64,000 nucleotides of DNA from Chromatiales bacterium (GCA_026982555.1 JALSGT010000066.1:1879-65878), one strand, 5' to 3'. Positions 37,462 to 46,815 are shown, counted from the stretch's first letter. A program made the numbers and translations. Notes: generated by a model not told the origin, from the letters alone.

Positions 37462-38409
37462 ATGACAACGCTCGCTTTATTGATGGACCCCATTACCGCC
37501 ATCAAACCACAAAAAGACAGCAGTCTTGCCATGGCGCTGGCGGCACAGGCGCGTGGCTGGACGTTGCAATATCTGGAAATGGATGATTTATATCTGCGTA
37601 ACGGGCAGGCCTGTGCTCGTTTGCGCGAGCTGGTCGTGCGCGACAACAATGATGACTGGTTCAGTCTGGGCGAACCGCAAGACCGGCCACTGGCCGAACT
37701 GGATGTGGTGTTGATGCGCAAAGACCCGCCTATTGATACTGAATATCTTTACGCCACACAGATGCTGGCTCTGGCCGAAGCGCGAGGCACCCTGGTGGTA
37801 AACCGTACCCAGGCCTTGCGCGAAGCCAACGAAAAACTGGCCAGCACCTGGTTTCCGCAGTGTGCGCCGCCAACACTGGTCACCCGTGCGCAAACCCGCT
37901 TGCGTACATTTCTGGCCGAACACAACGACATCATCATTAAACCACTGGACGCCATGGGTGGTGCCTCCATCTTCCGCGTACGTGCCGATGATCCTAATGT
38001 CGGCGTGATTTTTGAAACCCTTACAGAACATGGCAGTCGATATGCCATGGCCCAACGGTATATTCCCGAGATCAGCGCAGGCGACAAACGTATTTTATTG
38101 GTGGACGGAGAACCTGTCCCCTATGCGCTGGCGCGGGTACCCGCCAAGGGCGAAACACGCGGCAATCTGGCGGCAGGTGGTACCGGTGTCGGTGTTGAGC
38201 TTAGTGCGCATGACCGTTGGATCTGTACACAAGTGGCGCCCCGCCTTAAGGCTATGGGGCTGATGTTTGTGGGCCTGGACATCATCGGTGATTTTCTCAC
38301 CGAGGTAAACGTCACCAGCCCCACCTGTATTCGTGAGCTGGACACACTTTACGGACTGGATATCGGCGGACAGCTAATGGATGCCATTGAGCGTAAATTA
38401 AACGCATGA
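37462..38409 (+). CDS. gshB: glutathione synthetase
   Basis: The 315-aa product has an ATP-grasp GshB pattern (MRKDPPID, IIKPLDAMGGASIF, RYIPEISAGDKRILLVDGEPV, GLDIIGDFLTEVNVTSPT). It is divergent from pilG, as in Pseudomonas. Confidence 0.93.
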   Translation: MTTLALLMDPITAIKPQKDSSLAMALAAQARGWTLQYLEMDDLYLRNGQACARLRELVVRDNNDDWFSLGEPQDRPLAELDVVLMRKDPPIDTEYLYATQMLALAEARGTLVVNRTQALREANEKLASTWFPQCAPPTLVTRAQTRLRTFLAEHNDIIIKPLDAMGGASIFRVRADDPNVGVIFETLTEHGSRYAMAQRYIPEISAGDKRILLVDGEPVPYALARVPAKGETRGNLAAGGTGVGVELSAHDRWICTQVAPRLKAMGLMFVGLDIIGDFLTEVNVTSPTCIRELDTLYGLDIGGQLMDAIERKLNA

Positions 38410-39470
38410 TCAAAACATTTGGGCACATTTTACTGATATTTATCCTGGCCTTCCTGGCGGCCTGTGATCACAAGCCCGCTGCTTATCACGAGCAATTGCT
38501 GGTATTTGGTACCGTGGTAGACGTAAAACTCTGGGATGTGGAGGAGGCTCAGGGTCGCCTGGCCGTGGCACGCCTGGCCGATGATTTTGATTACATGCAC
38601 AACGCCTGGCATGCCTGGCACCCTGGTCCGCTGGGACGGGTCAACCAGCTACTGCCCAGCGGCGAATCATTTACCCTGCCGCCCTCTCTTCTGCCATTGA
38701 TTCAGCGCAGCAGTGATTTATCCCGGCGCAGCAACGGCCTGTTTAATCCGGCCATTGGCAAACTCACCGCATTGTGGGGATTTGCCAGCGACGATCCCCC
38801 CAAAGGCCCACCACCCAGCGCCGAAGCCATTCGTGCCATTCTTGACCAGCAACCTGGCATGGACGATATCCGTCTGAATGGCCTCACGATACACACCGCC
38901 AATCCGGCACTAAAACTGGATTTTGGTGCCTTCGCCAAAGGTTACGCGGTGGATCGTGCCATTGATGTGCTACGTGAGTTTGGCATTAATAACGCGGTGG
39001 TGAATGCTGGCGGTGACTTGCGCGCCATTGGTCGTCACGGTGATCGCCCCTGGCGGGTGGGCATTCGTCATCCACGGGAAGCAGGCATCCTGGCTTCGGT
39101 GGAAGTCGAGGGTGATGAGAGCATATTTACTTCCGGCGATTACGAGCGTTATTTTGACTGGCAGGGCACACGTTATGATCACATCATCGACCCGCGTAGC
39201 GGTTATCCGGCTCAGGGTTTGAGTTCGGTAACCGTATTTGCCCGACGGGCGGATCTTGCCGATGCCGCAGCCACGGCATTGTTTGTGGCGGGCCCGGATG
39301 AAAAGGACTGGTTACCTGTGGCGCGTGCCATGGGGGTCAGTGGTGTGATGCTGGTGGATGACGAGGGCAAAATACAACTGACGCCAGGCATCCGCGAGCG
39401 TATTTATTTTATACCGTCTGCTGATAATGAGCGAACCCGCCTTGAGATTCGCATCAGCGCAGCATTATGA
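38406..39470 (+). CDS. apbE: FAD:protein FMN transferase ApbE (lipoprotein)
   Basis: It has the lipobox FLAAC and ApbE blocks (FNPAIGKLTALWGF, LDFGAFAKGYAVDRA, VNAGGDLRAIG, SGDYERYF, HIIDPRSGYP, DAAATALFV). Its ATG overlaps the gshB stop (ATGA). Confidence 0.88.
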   Translation: MIKTFGHILLIFILAFLAACDHKPAAYHEQLLVFGTVVDVKLWDVEEAQGRLAVARLADDFDYMHNAWHAWHPGPLGRVNQLLPSGESFTLPPSLLPLIQRSSDLSRRSNGLFNPAIGKLTALWGFASDDPPKGPPPSAEAIRAILDQQPGMDDIRLNGLTIHTANPALKLDFGAFAKGYAVDRAIDVLREFGINNAVVNAGGDLRAIGRHGDRPWRVGIRHPREAGILASVEVEGDESIFTSGDYERYFDWQGTRYDHIIDPRSGYPAQGLSSVTVFARRADLADAAATALFVAGPDEKDWLPVARAMGVSGVMLVDDEGKIQLTPGIRERIYFIPSADNERTRLEIRISAAL

Positions 39471-39841
39471 ATTGGGTAAAATTCAGTCGGGGCGATGCCG
39501 TGGTGTGGTTACTGGCAGCAACGCTGCTGGTGAGTGTGTACACGATGTTCTGGCAGGCAGATGGCCATGGCGCCGAAGCGGTGGTGCTGGTAAATGGCAA
39601 ACGCTGGGCGCGGCTTGACCTGTTTCAGAATCAGGATCTCAAGGTACCAGGGCCACTGGGCCACAGTCATATTCAAGTGCGCGACGGCCAGGTGCGCTTT
39701 ATGAGTTCCCCCTGCCCCAACAAACTTTGCGTACACACCGGCTGGCTCAGCCAGGGCGGTGAAGTGGCCATCTGCCTGCCGAACAAGGTAAGCCTGCAAA
39801 TTTTGGGCAGTGACCCCCGTTTTGATGCGATAAATTTTTAA
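39467..39841 (+). CDS. NusG-domain-II (DUF1312) family small membrane-anchored protein
   Basis: It has one N-terminal TM helix followed by …SPCPNKLCVHTGWLSQGGEVAICLPNKVSLQILG, the Cys-containing core I associate with DUF1312/NusG_II. Its ATG overlaps the apbE stop. Confidence 0.68.
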   Translation: MNWVKFSRGDAVVWLLAATLLVSVYTMFWQADGHGAEAVVLVNGKRWARLDLFQNQDLKVPGPLGHSHIQVRDGQVRFMSSPCPNKLCVHTGWLSQGGEVAICLPNKVSLQILGSDPRFDAINF

Positions 39842-39853
39842 CCACCTGAAACC

Positions 39854-40399
39854 ATGAATCGCATTATTCAAACAACGCGTGACGACTACCTCATTGCCGG
39901 TTTTGCGGCATTGGCAATTACCATCCATATTGCGGAAAGCGCTCTGCCCAGCCCGTTGCCTGGCATTAAACCGGGGCTCGCCAATGTGGTCACACTGGTC
40001 GTGCTGTGTCGCTATGGCTGGCAAATGGCGGCCTGGGTATCGTTGCTGCGGGTGCTGGTGGGCAGTATTTTGCTGGGCACTTTTTTATCTCCCACGTTTT
40101 TTCTCTCGGCTGCCGGTGCTCTGGCCAGTGTCGCTGTGCTGGGCCTGCTATTTGCCCTCTCCCGTGCTCTGCCAGGCTGGGCCGTTGGGCCAATGGGCTA
40201 CGGGGTAGCAGCTGCCTTGGCGCATATGAGCGGACAATTCTGGGTAGCCTACGCGGTTTTTGTGCCGCATTCCGGTTTGTTAACCCTGTATCCTCTGTTG
40301 ATGACACTGGCCGCCGTGCTGGGCATTGTCAGCGGACTGTTGACCCGCGCCATACTAGCGCGGTTGAATAGCCCCCCGCCCGGCGGCAATCCAGTATAA
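39854..40399 (+). CDS. Gx-transporter / Hpre_diP_synt_I-family integral membrane protein
   Basis: Its motifs match my memory of PF07456 (IAESALPSPLPGIKPGLANVVTLVVL, LRVLVGSILLGTFLSPTFFLSAAGALAS, AAALAHMSGQF). It has about 5 TM helices and starts 12 nt after the previous gene. Confidence 0.72.
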   Translation: MNRIIQTTRDDYLIAGFAALAITIHIAESALPSPLPGIKPGLANVVTLVVLCRYGWQMAAWVSLLRVLVGSILLGTFLSPTFFLSAAGALASVAVLGLLFALSRALPGWAVGPMGYGVAAALAHMSGQFWVAYAVFVPHSGLLTLYPLLMTLAAVLGIVSGLLTRAILARLNSPPPGGNPV

Positions 40400-40439
40400 T
40401 CGGCCTAACTATTATGCAACAACACTCAACCCCGTAATC

Positions 40440-41354
40440 ATGGCTACTGCCCAGGCAACACAAACACGCCCGCCCGCCCGGCCTCCTATGCGCCCCAAAA
40501 TCAGCACTGGGGACCGTCTCAGCTTGACCGTCTTTTTTGCCATCGTGCTGCACAGCCTGATTATTCTTGGCATCAGTTTCAGCGGTGAAGATCGCGCTCA
40601 ACCGTTGCAAAAATTACCCGGACTGGAAGTTACCCTGGTGCAGAGTCGTAGCGACAAAGAAATCAAAGACGCCGATTTTCTTGCTCAGGCCAATCAGGAA
40701 GGCGGTGGGGATACGGAAGAAAAAGTACGGCCATCCACGCAGGAAGTGCCTGTGGTGCCCACGGGCGAGACCGGCGAGGTACGGGAATTTGTGCCGGAAA
40801 CAAAAATTGCCACCCAGTCCGAGCGACAACAACAGGAATTACTCACCACAGCCAATTCCGAACGCAAAGTAGCAGCAGGTCTCAACACTCCGCAGCAGGA
40901 GCAACATCTCACCGCCGCGCAATTGCTTTCTCGCAGCAAGGAAATTGCCCGCTTATCCGCCGAAATTGATCAGACCCAGCGGGTATTTGCCCACCGTCCC
41001 AAACGCAAATATATTTCTGCACGCACCAAAGAATATAAATATGCCAGCTACGAAGAATCCTGGCGTGCCAAAGTGGAGCGTATTGGTCGGATCAACTTTC
41101 CCGACGAAGCGCGGCGCAACAAACTCTCCGGCAGTCTGATTATGGCGGTAACGCTCAACAAGGATGGCAGCATTCAATCCATCAAAATCCGCCAGTCATC
41201 GGGACATAAAATTCTCGATGACGGTGCGATACGCATCGTGCGTCTGGCAGCGCCCTTTGCGCGTTTCTCTGAAGATATTCGCAAAGAGGTGGATGAGCTG
41301 GTCATTACCCGCACCTGGGTATTTGAGGCCGGCGAGCGATTTTCCGCAAAATAA
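40440..41354 (+). CDS. tonB: TonB-family energy transducer (TonB3-like position)
   Basis: It has an N-terminal TM helix, a charged linker and a C-terminal TonB_C pattern (YPDEARRNKLSGSLIMAVTLNKDGSIQSIKIRQSSGHKILDDGAIRIV). It lies next to gshB, like PA0406. Confidence 0.78.
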   Translation: MATAQATQTRPPARPPMRPKISTGDRLSLTVFFAIVLHSLIILGISFSGEDRAQPLQKLPGLEVTLVQSRSDKEIKDADFLAQANQEGGGDTEEKVRPSTQEVPVVPTGETGEVREFVPETKIATQSERQQQELLTTANSERKVAAGLNTPQQEQHLTAAQLLSRSKEIARLSAEIDQTQRVFAHRPKRKYISARTKEYKYASYEESWRAKVERIGRINFPDEARRNKLSGSLIMAVTLNKDGSIQSIKIRQSSGHKILDDGAIRIVRLAAPFARFSEDIRKEVDELVITRTWVFEAGERFSAK

Positions 41355-41422
41355 CCGGAGAACACCTCCTAAACTCACAACAAAAACTTGTGACTACTGT
41401 TGCTTGGCTTCATACTAGGCAC

Positions 41423-41986
41423 ATGGCCGAATCCGGTTATCTGAAAAATCAGTTTCTCATCGCAATGCCCACATTGCTGGATCCCAATTTTTTCCACAGT
41501 GTTGCTTACGTCTGTGAACATAATCCGCATGGGGCGATGGCCATTGTCATTAATCAGCCAGTGGGCTTGACGGTGGGCGAGCTGATCGAGCAAATGAAAC
41601 ACAAAGCCCCCAAAACCGTACTATCAGAAAAACCCGTGTTTCGTGGCGGGCCAGTCGATGTGGATCGTGGTTTTGTCTTGCATCAGTCGGGCAGCCAGTG
41701 GGAGGCGACTCTACCGATAACCGACAATATCTTTCTCACAACATCAAATGACATCATCACCGCCATGGCCGAGGGGCACGGCCCGGAACAAAGTCTGGTG
41801 GCGCTGGGTTTTGCGGGTTGGGGGGCGGGGCAGCTGGAAGCGGAAATTTGTGACAATGCCTGGCTGAATTGCCCGGCAGACAGCAAACTGTTATTCGAGA
41901 CGGAAGTGGACAACCGCTGGGAGGCCGCCGCTGCATTAATCGGTATTGACATTCATCAGCTGACCGGCGCAGTGGGACACGCGTAA
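41423..41986 (+). CDS. yqgE: YqgE/AlgH-family protein
   Basis: It contains LKNQFLIAMPTLLDPNFFHSVAYVCEHNPHGAMAIVINQP. I set the start at MAESGYL (41423). Confidence 0.85.
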   Translation: MAESGYLKNQFLIAMPTLLDPNFFHSVAYVCEHNPHGAMAIVINQPVGLTVGELIEQMKHKAPKTVLSEKPVFRGGPVDVDRGFVLHQSGSQWEATLPITDNIFLTTSNDIITAMAEGHGPEQSLVALGFAGWGAGQLEAEICDNAWLNCPADSKLLFETEVDNRWEAAAALIGIDIHQLTGAVGHA

Positions 41987-41994
41987 ACCGCGCG

Positions 41995-42438
41995 ATGATC
42001 AAGAACACAGACAGCGCAAAAATGCGCACCTTGTTGGGGTTCGATTACGGCCTGAAACGCATCGGCGTGGCCGTGGGACAGGAACTCACCGGCACCGCAT
42101 CGGCGCTGCTCACCGTGCGCGCCAATGATGGTAAACCGGATTGGGACACCATCAGCAAGCTCATCGGACAATGGCAACCGGACGAAGTGGTGGTGGGTTT
42201 GCCGCTAAACATGGATGGCAGCTTTCACGAATTGAGTTACCGGGCGCAGCGATTTGGGAATCAGTTACGCGGACGGTACAATCTACCCGCCCACTTTATG
42301 GATGAGCGTCTGTCTTCACTGGACGCGGAACGGGAACTCAACGGTAAATCGCGCAAGGTTAAGGCTGCCGATATCGACAAGGTGGCGGCAAAAATCATTC
42401 TGGAATCCTGGTTAATGGCGCAACAGGCGCGAAAATAA
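41995..42438 (+). CDS. ruvX: putative pre-16S rRNA nuclease / Holliday-junction-resolvase-like YqgF (RuvX)
   Basis: It contains LLGFDYGLKRIGVAVG… and …VVGLPLNMDGS…, the YqgF pattern. Confidence 0.9.
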   Translation: MIKNTDSAKMRTLLGFDYGLKRIGVAVGQELTGTASALLTVRANDGKPDWDTISKLIGQWQPDEVVVGLPLNMDGSFHELSYRAQRFGNQLRGRYNLPAHFMDERLSSLDAERELNGKSRKVKAADIDKVAAKIILESWLMAQQARK

Positions 42439-42443
42439 AAAGG

Positions 42444-42941
42444 GTGGCAATGCAACAACTCATCGCACAAATCGCCGAAGAGCTGCGTCATAAGTTCCGT
42501 CACGATATCGCTATTGAAGATACACTGATGATTGGCATTCACACTGGCGGTGTCTGGGTGGCGGAACACCTGCATCAAATGCTCGACATCAAACAACCTC
42601 TGGCACAACTGGATATTTCGTTTTACCGTGATGATTTTTCACGCATCGGTATGAACCCGCAGGTCAAACCCTCACAACTGCCCACCTCGGTGGACGATGC
42701 ACACATTATTCTGGTGGACGATGTTCTGCACACCGGCCGCACCATTCGCGCTGCACTCAACGAAATTTTTGATTATGGCCGACCGGCAACAGTTACCCTG
42801 GCCGTGCTGGGCGAACGCCGTGGACGTGAATTGCCTATTCAGGCCGATGTGGTCGGCAAACATATCCAACTCAGCAAACACGAACATGTCAAACTCACCG
42901 GACCCGAACCGTTACAGCTGGAAGTGGTGGAAACACCGTGA
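42444..42941 (+). CDS. pyrR: PyrR (pyrimidine regulatory protein / uracil phosphoribosyltransferase)
   Basis: It has the PRPP-binding loop [16 protein letters not shown] and …[12 protein letters not shown]. The start is either GTG 42444 or ATG 42450. Confidence 0.9.
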   Translation: MAMQQLIAQIAEELRHKFRHDIAIEDTLMIGIHTGGVWVAEHLHQMLDIKQPLAQLDISFYRDDFSRIGMNPQVKPSQLPTSVDDAHIILVDDVLHTGRTIRAALNEIFDYGRPATVTLAVLGERRGRELPIQADVVGKHIQLSKHEHVKLTGPEPLQLEVVETP

Positions 42942-43939
42942 GACGGCGCAACCTGCAACTGGATGAACAAGGTCGTCTGCGCCACCTGCTGACCATTGAA
43001 GGCCTCAAGCGTCAACAGATTGTGGACATCCTTGATACTGCCGAGTCTTTCATCACCAGCAGCGACCAACAGGTACGCAATGCGCAGGTACGCAAAGTAC
43101 CTTTGCTACGAGGTAAAACCATCGTAAATCTGTTTTTTGAAGCCAGCACCCGGACACTGACCACCTTCGAGCTGGCCGCAAAACGCCTGTCAGCCGATGT
43201 ATTAAAGATCAACATCAACACCTCGGCCACAGTGAAGGGCGAAAGTCTGCTGGACATGCTGCAAAACCTGGAGGCCATGCAGTGCGATATGTTTGTCGTC
43301 CGTCACAGCGACAGCGGTGCTGCGCATTTAATTGCGCAACATGTCGCACCGCACATCAGCGTCATCAATGCCGGGGACGGCCAACATGCGCATCCCACCC
43401 AGGCGTTACTGGACATATTTACCATTCGCCGCCACAAAGGCGAATTTGCACCGCTCACTGTCGCCATCGTCGGCGATATCATGCACTCGCGGGTAGCCCG
43501 CTCGCAGATTCATGCACTCACCACGCTGGGCATTTCTGATTTGCGCGTGATTGCACCGAAAACGCTGATTCCCTCTCAGGTGGAGGGACTGGGTGTACAT
43601 GTTTACCACGACATGAAAGAAGGTCTGCACAACGCCGATGTGGTCATTATGCTGCGCCTGCAAAAGGAACGCATGCAGGGTGCCCTGTTACCCAGCGAAC
43701 AGGAATATTTTCAGGACTATGGCCTGACTGAAAAAAAGCTGGCTGTCGCCAAAACCGATGTGATGGTCATGCACCCCGGGCCCATTAACCGTGGTGTGGA
43801 AATTGACTCCGAAGTTGCTGACGGCCCGCGTTCAGTGATTCTCGAACAAGTCAGCAATGGTATTGCCGTACGCATGGCAGTCATGTCCATGGTGCTGGGA
43901 CGACCGCCCATGGATAAAGAAAGTGAAGGAGCGCCCTGA
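42938..43939 (+). CDS. pyrB: aspartate carbamoyltransferase catalytic subunit
   Basis: Signatures are [21 protein letters not shown] and MHPGPINRG. The GTG start overlaps the pyrR stop (GTGA). Confidence 0.95.
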   Translation: MRRRNLQLDEQGRLRHLLTIEGLKRQQIVDILDTAESFITSSDQQVRNAQVRKVPLLRGKTIVNLFFEASTRTLTTFELAAKRLSADVLKININTSATVKGESLLDMLQNLEAMQCDMFVVRHSDSGAAHLIAQHVAPHISVINAGDGQHAHPTQALLDIFTIRRHKGEFAPLTVAIVGDIMHSRVARSQIHALTTLGISDLRVIAPKTLIPSQVEGLGVHVYHDMKEGLHNADVVIMLRLQKERMQGALLPSEQEYFQDYGLTEKKLAVAKTDVMVMHPGPINRGVEIDSEVADGPRSVILEQVSNGIAVRMAVMSMVLGRPPMDKESEGAP

Positions 43940-45216
43940 TGAAAATTTCCATTCTGGGTGGCCGCCTTGTTGATCCGGCAAACGGGCTGGATCAAATCAC
44001 CAACATTCATATTGCCGCCGGCAAAGTGATTGCATTGGGCGATGCGCCCGCAGGCTTTGAGGCGGGGCAAAGCATCGACGCAAACAGACAAATTGTTTGC
44101 CCCGGGCTGGTGGATCTGCGCGCCTGTCTGCGTGAACCCGGTCAAGAATATAAAGCCACCATCGCCAGTGAAACACGCGCCGCCGCAAAATCAGGTATCA
44201 CCACATTAGTCTGTCCCCCGGATACCGACCCGGTAGCGGATACTCCAGCAGTGGTGGATCTGATTCGGCATCGCTCAATACAGGCTGGTTTTGCCCGGGT
44301 GCTGTCGTTAGGCGCATTAACGCAAAATCTGGATGGCAAACAACTGGCGGAAATGGGCGCACTCAAAGCCGCCGGCTGTGTGGGTGTCAGCAATGCACGC
44401 ACGGCGATAAAAAGTACTCAGGTGATGCGTCGCGCCATGGAATACGCCGCAAGTCAGAACTTGCCCGTTTTTTTGCATGCCGAAGATCCGTCGCTGGCCG
44501 ATGGTGGCTGCGCGCACGAAGGTGCAGTGAGTGTGCGCCTGGGATTACCGGGAATTCCAGAGATTGCGGAAAGCATCGCCGTAGCGCGTGAATTGCAGCT
44601 TGTTGAGCAAACCGGCGTGCGTGCTCACTTTTGTCAATTGTCCAGCGAACGCGCGGTAAAAATGATTGCCCGCGCACAGTATGATGGCCTGTCCGTGACG
44701 GCGGATGTGGCCGCACATCAACTGTTTTTGACGGAAATGGATATTGGTTATTTTGACAGTCAATGTCATGTACGCCCGCCTTTGCGCACCCAACGAGATC
44801 GTGATGGTCTGCGTACCGCATTAAAGAACGGCACCATCAATGCGATTTGTTCCGATCACCAGCCCCATGATACGGATGCCAAGCTCGCACCATTTCCATC
44901 CAGTGCGCCGGGCATCAGTGCGTTGGAGACCCTGTTACCGCTCACTCTGCGTCTGGTGAACGAAGAGGTGCTCAGTTTGTCTGCGGCCATTGCCTGCCTT
45001 ACCCGTCATCCGGCGAAAATTGTCGCCGCCAACAGTAGTCTTGCCATTGGTGATTGTGCCGATGTGTGTATCTTTGATCCTGAACAATACTGGGAATTCA
45101 CCACAGAGAGCATGGCCAGTCAGGGGCACAATTCGCCCTTCCTCGGGTGGGAATTCAAAGGCAGGGTGACACATACTTTGTTAGCCGGGCACATCGTATT
45201 TAACACCAGGAGCTGA
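43939..45216 (+). CDS. pyrC': dihydroorotase-like protein, probably non-catalytic (PyrC')
   Basis: It belongs to the amidohydrolase/DHOase fold, but the N-terminal metal-binding D-x-H-x-H is replaced by VDLRACLREPG. Its ATG overlaps the pyrB stop by 1 nt. Confidence 0.82.
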   Translation: MKISILGGRLVDPANGLDQITNIHIAAGKVIALGDAPAGFEAGQSIDANRQIVCPGLVDLRACLREPGQEYKATIASETRAAAKSGITTLVCPPDTDPVADTPAVVDLIRHRSIQAGFARVLSLGALTQNLDGKQLAEMGALKAAGCVGVSNARTAIKSTQVMRRAMEYAASQNLPVFLHAEDPSLADGGCAHEGAVSVRLGLPGIPEIAESIAVARELQLVEQTGVRAHFCQLSSERAVKMIARAQYDGLSVTADVAAHQLFLTEMDIGYFDSQCHVRPPLRTQRDRDGLRTALKNGTINAICSDHQPHDTDAKLAPFPSSAPGISALETLLPLTLRLVNEEVLSLSAAIACLTRHPAKIVAANSSLAIGDCADVCIFDPEQYWEFTTESMASQGHNSPFLGWEFKGRVTHTLLAGHIVFNTRS

Positions 45217-45257
45217 CTTCTTTCCTCGCAACTTAAACCTGGAAACTCGTAACTCAC

Positions 45258-46133
45258 ATGACACACCGCAATACCATTTTTGTCGAAAACGCCAACATTC
45301 TTGAACGCCAGGAACATGCGGGCGATCAGATTATTTTGCGCCTGCATGCGCCGGAAACGGCAGCACATGCCCTGCCCGGCCAGTTTGCGCATATTCAATG
45401 TGACCCAGCCCTGCCCATGCGCCGACCGTTATCGCTGATGCGCGTCAATGCCAAATCAGGCTGGGTGGATATTTTGTTCAAGGTGCTGGGTGACGGTACC
45501 CGCCTGCTGGCTCAACGTAAAACAGGCGACCAACTTTCAGTGATGGGGCCCATTGGCAAACCGTTTGTCTCACAGATGAAACATTCACGCCCATTGCTTA
45601 TCGGTGGCGGCGTGGGCATACCGCCCATGGTATTTTTAGCCGACACCCTGCGGGAAATAAAAGGTGCCTATCAACCCTTTGTGATTATGGGCTCAGAAGT
45701 GCCATTTCCGTTTAAAAGCCAACCATCGAAAATAATGGTTCCCGGCATACCTGCCGAAGTCATCGCTGCCATGCCGCTGATGGACGATTGGGGTATTGCC
45801 TCTCGTCTTGCCAGTCAACAAAGTTATCCCGGCTGTTTTGAAGGTTACGTCACCGACCTTGCACGTCACTGGCTGGATACCTTATCAGTAGAACAACGCA
45901 AAGAAGTCGCCGTATTCGCCTGCGGGCCGCATCCTATGCTGGAAGCCGTTGCGCAACTGGCACGGGAGTATCGTCTACCGTGTCAGGTTTCACTGGAAGA
46001 GTTTATGGCTTGCGCCGTGGGTGGATGTGCCGGTTGTACCGTGGAAGTGCAAACGGCAAACGGCCCGGCGATGAAACGGGTGTGTGTGGATGGGCCGGTG
46101 TTTGATGCAAATAGCGTGTTTCCACCCATGTAA
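45258..46133 (+). CDS. PyrK-like ferredoxin-reductase-type flavoprotein with a C-terminal [2Fe-2S] Cys cluster
   Basis: It has an FAD-binding R-x-x-S (RRPLSL), an NAD-binding GGGVGIPP and a C-terminal C-x4-C-x2-C…C motif (MACAVGGCAGCTV…VCVDGPVF), as in the dihydroorotate dehydrogenase B electron-transfer subunit. Confidence 0.78.
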   Translation: MTHRNTIFVENANILERQEHAGDQIILRLHAPETAAHALPGQFAHIQCDPALPMRRPLSLMRVNAKSGWVDILFKVLGDGTRLLAQRKTGDQLSVMGPIGKPFVSQMKHSRPLLIGGGVGIPPMVFLADTLREIKGAYQPFVIMGSEVPFPFKSQPSKIMVPGIPAEVIAAMPLMDDWGIASRLASQQSYPGCFEGYVTDLARHWLDTLSVEQRKEVAVFACGPHPMLEAVAQLAREYRLPCQVSLEEFMACAVGGCAGCTVEVQTANGPAMKRVCVDGPVFDANSVFPPM

Positions 46134-46155
46134 CTTTACCCGGCTCTTTACTGTA

Positions 46156-46692
46156 TTAAAGCGGTGATTGAGTCCCGCCCGCACTGTGACATACATTACA
46201 ACTGGCAGAAGTATGGCTGACAGCCCCCGGCATATTGCGGGTTGTCCCGCCGGGCATAACAATAGTGATATACGCGCCCGGACTCAAGCCGCTCATGTTG
46301 GGGGTAAGAAGATCAATGGCGTTCACTGTATAAAAGTTCCCGTAGGCATCGACTTCAAGCCTTGCACGCAAATCTGTGCGAGCCAAATCTGCATAATATT
46401 CTACATAGCCACCTGTTGCCTGAATGGCCGTACCAGCGGTCACAAAAGCCCCGGTACCTGGGCCACCATTGACGTGGCACTCCATACAATTTGCACCCCG
46501 TCGGCTGTCGTTGTGGCTATTGGTTGAGCCTTTCTGGCTCAGGCCAATGACACCACCATCGTCATTATTACTTCCATTTCCCAGCTTTCCATTTCCGCTG
46601 CCACTTCCACAGGCCGTGAGCATAAAAAACAGCACCGAGATACTCAGTATCAGTGGCAACAAAGGATGACGTGCGAAAAGCTGGAACAACAT
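46156..46692 (-). CDS. lipoprotein with two CXXCH haem-binding motifs (putative dihaem cytochrome c)
   Basis: It has a signal peptide with the lipobox MLTAC, a Gly/Ser/Asn-rich linker, and the motifs CMECH and CNVCH about 110 aa apart. Confidence 0.55.
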   Translation of the reverse strand: MLFQLFARHPLLPLILSISVLFFMLTACGSGSGNGKLGNGSNNDDGGVIGLSQKGSTNSHNDSRRGANCMECHVNGGPGTGAFVTAGTAIQATGGYVEYYADLARTDLRARLEVDAYGNFYTVNAIDLLTPNMSGLSPGAYITIVMPGGTTRNMPGAVSHTSASCNVCHSAGGTQSPL

Positions 46693-46815
46693 GGACTAAA
46701 ACTCCTGAGAGAAACCATCAGAAAATATAATCAAATCTCAATTTACGGTGTATCTGGCAGTTAAACGGTACAAATTCTAAACACTTAAATCCTGGTTTTA
46801 CCTTTCACGGCATGA

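Noticed and set aside
39509-40024. 171-aa minus-strand ORF across the DUF1312 and Gx-transporter genes
   Set aside because: It is antisense to two genes with family-specific motifs, and its product is His/Arg/Gln-rich without motifs.
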